The translations under genes and the position numbers were made by a program. The notes under the pieces are model-generated. The model was not told the DNA's origin. It worked only from the letters and a program-made list of their open reading frames with translations, and did no database searches. This document shows positions 59,331 through 64,000 of a stretch of DNA of 64,000 bases, in pieces. This stretch comes from an uncultured Desulfospira sp. (GTDB taxonomy: Bacteria; Desulfobacterota; Desulfobacteria; Desulfobacterales; Desulfobacteraceae). Positions within the stretch are counted from its first letter, which is position 1; every line of letters starts with the position of its first letter. The DNA is taken from the NCBI GenBank assembly GCA_963663165.1, contig OY760175.1:1120001-1184000 (forward strand), written 5' to 3'.

Positions 59331-62300
59331 CTACTCAATCGCCGGGCATTGATCATAGGTGAGATCTTCGCAGGCCGACACGTCACTGAACCATACGCCG
59401 CCAAGTTCTTTACACTGTTCATTCGTTCTTGCGTCCACACATCTCATATTCGGGCTTTGGTTAAAACTAAGACAGCAGGCGCCCACCGGGTCCTGGGTGG
59501 TTTCGCATTTAAATTCAGGATCGGAACATTGATATCCATCAGAAAACCGCCCGTTTAATTCTTCACAATCCGTTTTCCGCATAAAGTCTTCACACTGGAC
59601 ACCATATTCATTTTCATAACAGCAGGCGCCAATGAGGGTACACTTTTCTGATCTGATCAGCATTTCGCATGTTATCTTTTCATCTCCATGTTGATACCAT
59701 TCACCGCCAAGCACCTCGCACTGGGCATTTGTCCTGTCATCAAGGCAGCTTATGGTTGCCCCGTCAACGTTACTGAGGCAGCAGGCACCTAAATCCGGAC
59801 TGCCGTAGCATCCAGCGTCGGCACACTGTGTGTTTGGATAGAACTTTCCGGATAATTTGTTACAATTGGTTTCCAGCATCCAGTTGGCGCATTTGGCACC
59901 TGTCGTATCTTTATAGCAACAGGCCCCATAGGGCGCGCATTCAGTTTCTGAAAGATATGCACAGACCCCGTCTTCACTCCATGAACCCTGGAGGATCTTA
60001 CATTTATACTCTGTCAGGTTGTCCAGACATTGTACCGGGAATACACCAGACTCATTTACATAGGAAATCTTGGGATGGCAACAGGAACCGGTGGCCGCAG
60101 GAACCGGACACTCTTCAGATGTCAGGTCTGAACACAGGCGATCGGCAAAGAAGGATCCGCCGGCATCAGAACAGTCACTGCCGGTCACATTGTCATTGCA
60201 CATCGCAGTGGTTGTGCCCCCGGACACCATGGTTATACAACAGGCCCCGGTGGCCTCTGCAATGGCCGGGCATTGCCCATAGGTCAGTTCAGAGCACTGG
60301 ACACCGTCTTCGTCCCCGTCTTCCGGCTCGAACCAGGTGCCGCCGATACTGGCGCACTGGATCTGGGTTCTTGCATCAATACACCTTACCGGCGTGATCG
60401 CGTCCGAATCCTCAGTGGTCAGACAGCAGGCACTCACCACCGGGGGATCTACACATCCGGCCTGGGCACAGGTCTCATTTGGATGGAAGGTTCCGGATAG
60501 CTTGGCACAACTGGTTTCCAGCATCCAGTTAGCACATTTCGTCATACCAGTGGAGGTGTCTTTATAACAACAGGACCCATAAGGCGGGCACTCTTCTTCG
60601 GTGAGGTCCGCACAGATCCCGGCTTCAGACCAGGCCCCCTGGAGCAGCTTGCATTTATATTCGGTCAGGCTGTCCAGGCATTGCACCGGGAACACCCCGC
60701 TTTCGTTCACATAGGATATTTTCGGATGGCAGCAGGACCCGACGGCTGCCGGGCGCGGGCACTCCTCTGAGGTCAGATCCGAACACAGGCGGTTGGCATA
60801 AAGAGATCCGCCAGCGTCAGAACAGGCCGAACCGGTCATGCTGTCAAAACAGTTGGCTGTGGCTGAACTGCCGGAGCCGTAGCTCACGCAGCAGGCCCCT
60901 GACAACTCGGCGACTTCCGGGCATTGTGCATAGGTCAGATCCGCACAGGCTTCTTCTTCATGCCAGAAACCGCCAAGAGCGGTACACTGGGCCAGAGTTC
61001 TGGCGTCTAGGCACCTTACAGGGGTTGAAAGGCCTGAAGACGTAAGGCAGCAGGCGCCGGTTGAAACAGGGCCCGGACAACCGCTTGTCCCTGTCAGGTC
61101 TGAGCATTTCTCATTTGGATGGAAGGTTCCGGATAATTTATCACAATTGGTTTCCAGCATCCAGTTGGCACATTTATCCGCTGTACCGTCGTTATAACAG
61201 CATCCGCCATAGGACGGGCACTCTTCCTCTGAAAGGTCTTCACAGATGCCCCCTTCATTCCAGGTTCCCTGAAGCAGCTTGCATTTATATTCGGTCAGGC
61301 TGTTCAGGCATTGTACCGGAAACACCCCGCTTTCGTTGACATAGGAAATTTTCGGGTGGCAGCAGGACCCGACGGCTGCCGGACGCGGGCACTCCTCTGA
61401 GGTCAAATCCGAACACAGGCGGTTGGCATAAAGAGATCCGCCAGCGTCAGAACAGGCCGAACCGGTCATGCTGTCAAAACAGTTGGCTGTGGCTGAACTG
61501 CCGGAGCCGTAGCTCACGCAGCAGGCCCCTGACAACTCGGCGACTTCCGGGCATTGTGCATAGGTCAGATCCGCACAGGCTTCTTCTTCATGCCAGGAAC
61601 CGCCAAGAGCGGTACACTGGGCCAGGGTTCTGGCATCTAGACACCTTAAGGATGTTGAAAGGCCGGAAGATGTCAGGCAGCAGGCTCCGGTTGAAACAGG
61701 GCCAGGACAACCGCTTGTCCCCGTCAGGTCTGAGCATTTCTCATTTGGATGGAAGGTTCCGGATAGCTTGGCACAACTGGTTTCCAGCATCCAGTTGGCG
61801 CATTTATCCGCTGTACCGTCGTTATAACAGCATCCGCCATAGGACGGGCACTCTTCCTCTGAAAGGTCTTCACAGATGCCCCCTTCATTCCATGTGCCCT
61901 GAAGCAGCTTGCATTTATATTCGGTCAGGCTGTCCAGGCATTGCACCGGGAACACCCCGCTTTCGTTCACATAGGATATTTTCGGATGGCAGCAGGACCC
62001 GACGGCTGCCGGGCGCGGGCACTCCTCTGAGGTCAGATCCGAACACAGGCGGTTGGCATAAAGAGATCCGCCGGCATCAGAACAGGCCGAACCGGTCATG
62101 CTGTCAAAACAGTTGGCTGTGGCTGAACTGCCGGAGCCGTAGCTCACGCAGCAGGCCCCTGACAACTCGGCGACTTCCGGGCATTGTGCATAGGTCAGAT
62201 CCGCACAGGCTTCTTCGTCATGCCAGGAACCGCCAAGAGCGGTACACTGGGCCAGGGTTCTGGCATCTATACACCTTAAGGATGTTGAAAGGCCGGAAGA

Positions 62301-64000
62301 TGTCAGGCAGCAGGCTCCGGTTGAAACAGGGCCAGGACAACCGCTTGTCCCCGTCAGGTCTGAGCATTTCTCATTTGGATGGAAGGTTCCGGATAGCTTG
62401 GCACAACTGGTTTCCAGCATCCAGTTGGCGCATTTATCCGCTGTACCGTCGTTATAACAGCATCCGCCATAGGACGGGCACTCTTCCTCTGAAAGGTCTT
62501 CACAGATGCCCCCTTCATTCCATGTGCCCTGAAGCAGCTTGCATTTATATTCGGTCAGGCTGTCCAGGCATTGCACCGGGAACACCCCGCTTTCGTTCAC
62601 ATAGGATATTTTCGGATGGCAGCAGGACCCCACCCCGGCCAAAACCGGACATTCTTCATTCGTCAGGTCGGCACATGCGCGATCGGCAAAGAATGATCCG
62701 CCACCGTCCGTACAGTCTGTGATATTCAGCCCATCATTGCAGACAGCCGTGGTTGAGCCGTTTTCGGCCACGATGGTATTGCAGCAGGCCCCGGTTGTCC
62801 CTTCAATAGCCGGACACTGCTCAAGGGTCAGGTCGGCGCATTGATCTTCTTCAAACCAGTTGCCGCCAAGGGACTCACACTGGGTCTGTGTTCTGCCGTC
62901 GATACACCGAACCGGTGTGCTTGAAAGGTCACTGAGGCAGCAGGCCCCAACCGTTTCCGGAATAACCGAACATTGTTCCATGGTAAGTTCGGAACACTGC
63001 TGATCAGCAAAAAAAGTACCGCCTAAAGTGGTACACTCTGCTGGAAGCTTCCCGTTGGCGCATTTGGCAATGCCTTCAGAATCCGTATAGCAGCATCCGC
63101 CATAGGGCGCACACGCTTCATCTGTGCATGCCCCCCCCTGGGTCCAGGTGCCCTGAAGCAGTTGGCATTGATATTCGGTCCGGTTTTCCAGGCATTGAAC
63201 CGGGAATACCCCGCTTTCATTGACATAGGAAATTTTCGGATGACAGCAGCTGCCTTTAAGGACAGCAGCCTGGCATTCTTCTGTTAAGAGGGTCTCACAG
63301 GAGCGGGATGCAAAAAACGACTCCCCTTCCCCCTCACATTGAGAAGCGGCCACGCCATCCTCACACATCCCTTCCAAACTCCGGCAGCAGGCACCGGTTT
63401 CACTGCCCGCCGCGCATTCGGCAGCGCTGAGATCAGAACACGACCGCTCCCCATAGAAAGACCCGTTCAGTTCATTTATGCATGCCTGCTCCGATACATT
63501 ATCATCGCATTTGACCACCGAGGGGCAATCTTCTTCTGAGTTATAGCAGCAGGCACCAAAGGGCGGGCATTCCGGCCCGGTTATTTCCGGGTTTATATCC
63601 GGATTCAAATCATCACAGTCACCTGAAATCCCATCAAGCTCCCCCTGGCTGTAGTATGTGTTATCGGGCCGGTTCTGCCCCCATACGCTTGTCCCGTCAG
63701 AATACCCGTCGCCATCCAGATCCCTGTACCAGTGAAACTTACCCATGCTTTCCGAGAAAAACCCCAGATCCGCCCCGTCAACATCACCGTCCGAGGTGAT
63801 ATCCAGCCCCAGGGTGGGATCGTACAGCAACTGAACTTCCGTTTGGGAAAGGGTCCGGCCGTATATGCGCACATCATCCATTTCACCGGAGAAAAAATGG
63901 GCCGGGGCGGCACCGCTCCATGACGCCCCCATGGCAATGGGCAGGCCGGTGATATCTTCAATGGGATCAAAATGGCTTTTGGACCACAACAGCCTGCCGT
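59331..64000 (-). CDS. Giant Cys-rich repeat protein (LamG end, dockerin-like, MopE-like motif, 27 GxCC modules); 5' end outside window
   Basis: Frame open to the window edge; FSGEMDDVRIYGRTLS (LamG), DITSDGDVDGADL, WYRDLDGDGY...DCDDLNPDINP, then 27 ~50-aa six-Cys modules. Confidence 0.9.
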   Translation of the reverse strand, partial: GRLLWSKSHFDPIEDITGLPIAMGASWSGAAPAHFFSGEMDDVRIYGRTLSQTEVQLLYDPTLGLDITSDGDVDGADLGFFSESMGKFHWYRDLDGDGYSDGTSVWGQNRPDNTYYSQGELDGISGDCDDLNPDINPEITGPECPPFGACCYNSEEDCPSVVKCDDNVSEQACINELNGSFYGERSCSDLSAAECAAGSETGACCRSLEGMCEDGVAASQCEGEGESFFASRSCETLLTEECQAAVLKGSCCHPKISYVNESGVFPVQCLENRTEYQCQLLQGTWTQGGACTDEACAPYGGCCYTDSEGIAKCANGKLPAECTTLGGTFFADQQCSELTMEQCSVIPETVGACCLSDLSSTPVRCIDGRTQTQCESLGGNWFEEDQCADLTLEQCPAIEGTTGACCNTIVAENGSTTAVCNDGLNITDCTDGGGSFFADRACADLTNEECPVLAGVGSCCHPKISYVNESGVFPVQCLDSLTEYKCKLLQGTWNEGGICEDLSEEECPSYGGCCYNDGTADKCANWMLETSCAKLSGTFHPNEKCSDLTGTSGCPGPVSTGACCLTSSGLSTSLRCIDARTLAQCTALGGSWHDEEACADLTYAQCPEVAELSGACCVSYGSGSSATANCFDSMTGSACSDAGGSLYANRLCSDLTSEECPRPAAVGSCCHPKISYVNESGVFPVQCLDSLTEYKCKLLQGTWNEGGICEDLSEEECPSYGGCCYNDGTADKCANWMLETSCAKLSGTFHPNEKCSDLTGTSGCPGPVSTGACCLTSSGLSTSLRCLDARTLAQCTALGGSWHEEEACADLTYAQCPEVAELSGACCVSYGSGSSATANCFDSMTGSACSDAGGSLYANRLCSDLTSEECPRPAAVGSCCHPKISYVNESGVFPVQCLNSLTEYKCKLLQGTWNEGGICEDLSEEECPSYGGCCYNDGTADKCANWMLETNCDKLSGTFHPNEKCSDLTGTSGCPGPVSTGACCLTSSGLSTPVRCLDARTLAQCTALGGFWHEEEACADLTYAQCPEVAELSGACCVSYGSGSSATANCFDSMTGSACSDAGGSLYANRLCSDLTSEECPRPAAVGSCCHPKISYVNESGVFPVQCLDSLTEYKCKLLQGAWSEAGICADLTEEECPPYGSCCYKDTSTGMTKCANWMLETSCAKLSGTFHPNETCAQAGCVDPPVVSACCLTTEDSDAITPVRCIDARTQIQCASIGGTWFEPEDGDEDGVQCSELTYGQCPAIAEATGACCITMVSGGTTTAMCNDNVTGSDCSDAGGSFFADRLCSDLTSEECPVPAATGSCCHPKISYVNESGVFPVQCLDNLTEYKCKILQGSWSEDGVCAYLSETECAPYGACCYKDTTGAKCANWMLETNCNKLSGKFYPNTQCADAGCYGSPDLGACCLSNVDGATISCLDDRTNAQCEVLGGEWYQHGDEKITCEMLIRSEKCTLIGACCYENEYGVQCEDFMRKTDCEELNGRFSDGYQCSDPEFKCETTQDPVGACCLSFNQSPNMRCVDARTNEQCKELGGVWFSDVSACEDLTYDQCPAIE
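60630..62630 (-). repeat. Near-identical 630-bp tandem repeat (~3 copies) inside the giant CDS
   Basis: agcaggaccc recurs at 60731, 61361, 61991 and 62621; whole lines match between copies. Confidence 0.95.

Noticed and set aside
59331..64000. Giant Cys-rich protein as a multiheme cytochrome
   Set aside because: No CxxCH motifs; the CCH in module A has no spacer

Overview
Bacterial chromosomal window; the gene content suggests an anaerobic deltaproteobacterium such as a Desulfobacteraceae member (inference only). From left to right: (1) 1-11.8 kb, a minus-strand defence island with hsdM-hsdS-hsdR-M48 peptidase, a GmrSD-like DUF262 protein carrying a C-terminal Schlafen/AlbA_2 domain, and a PLD-fold-like hypothetical; (2) OsmC, a SagB-type nitroreductase and decayed FG-GAP and MCP genes; (3) 17-37.5 kb, a putative anaerobic aromatic/phenolic catabolism region with two divergent pyrogallol-transhydroxylase-like Mo-enzyme pairs, a sigma54 activator and promoter, a CoA-transferase-GNAT fusion, TRAP and AEC transporters, PaaI and MarR; (4) 39-43 kb, a decayed defence island whose HNH gene is split by an antisense class C group II intron; (5) a MarR-ABC exporter operon; (6) a histidine kinase / receiver / receiver-FNT channel fusion operon with no DNA-binding output; (7) thiolase-like, DASS and trkAH genes; (8) the 3' part of a giant protein with 27 Cys-rich modules on a 630-bp superperiod. 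Intergenic DNA holds several repeat families: a 124-bp IS4/IS231-like MITE with 10-bp target duplications, a ~90-bp double-hairpin element in 7 copies, and heptamer arrays. Several of these sit at gene truncation points. No rRNA, tRNA or CRISPR array was seen. All family calls come from motif recognition by eye, not database searches.
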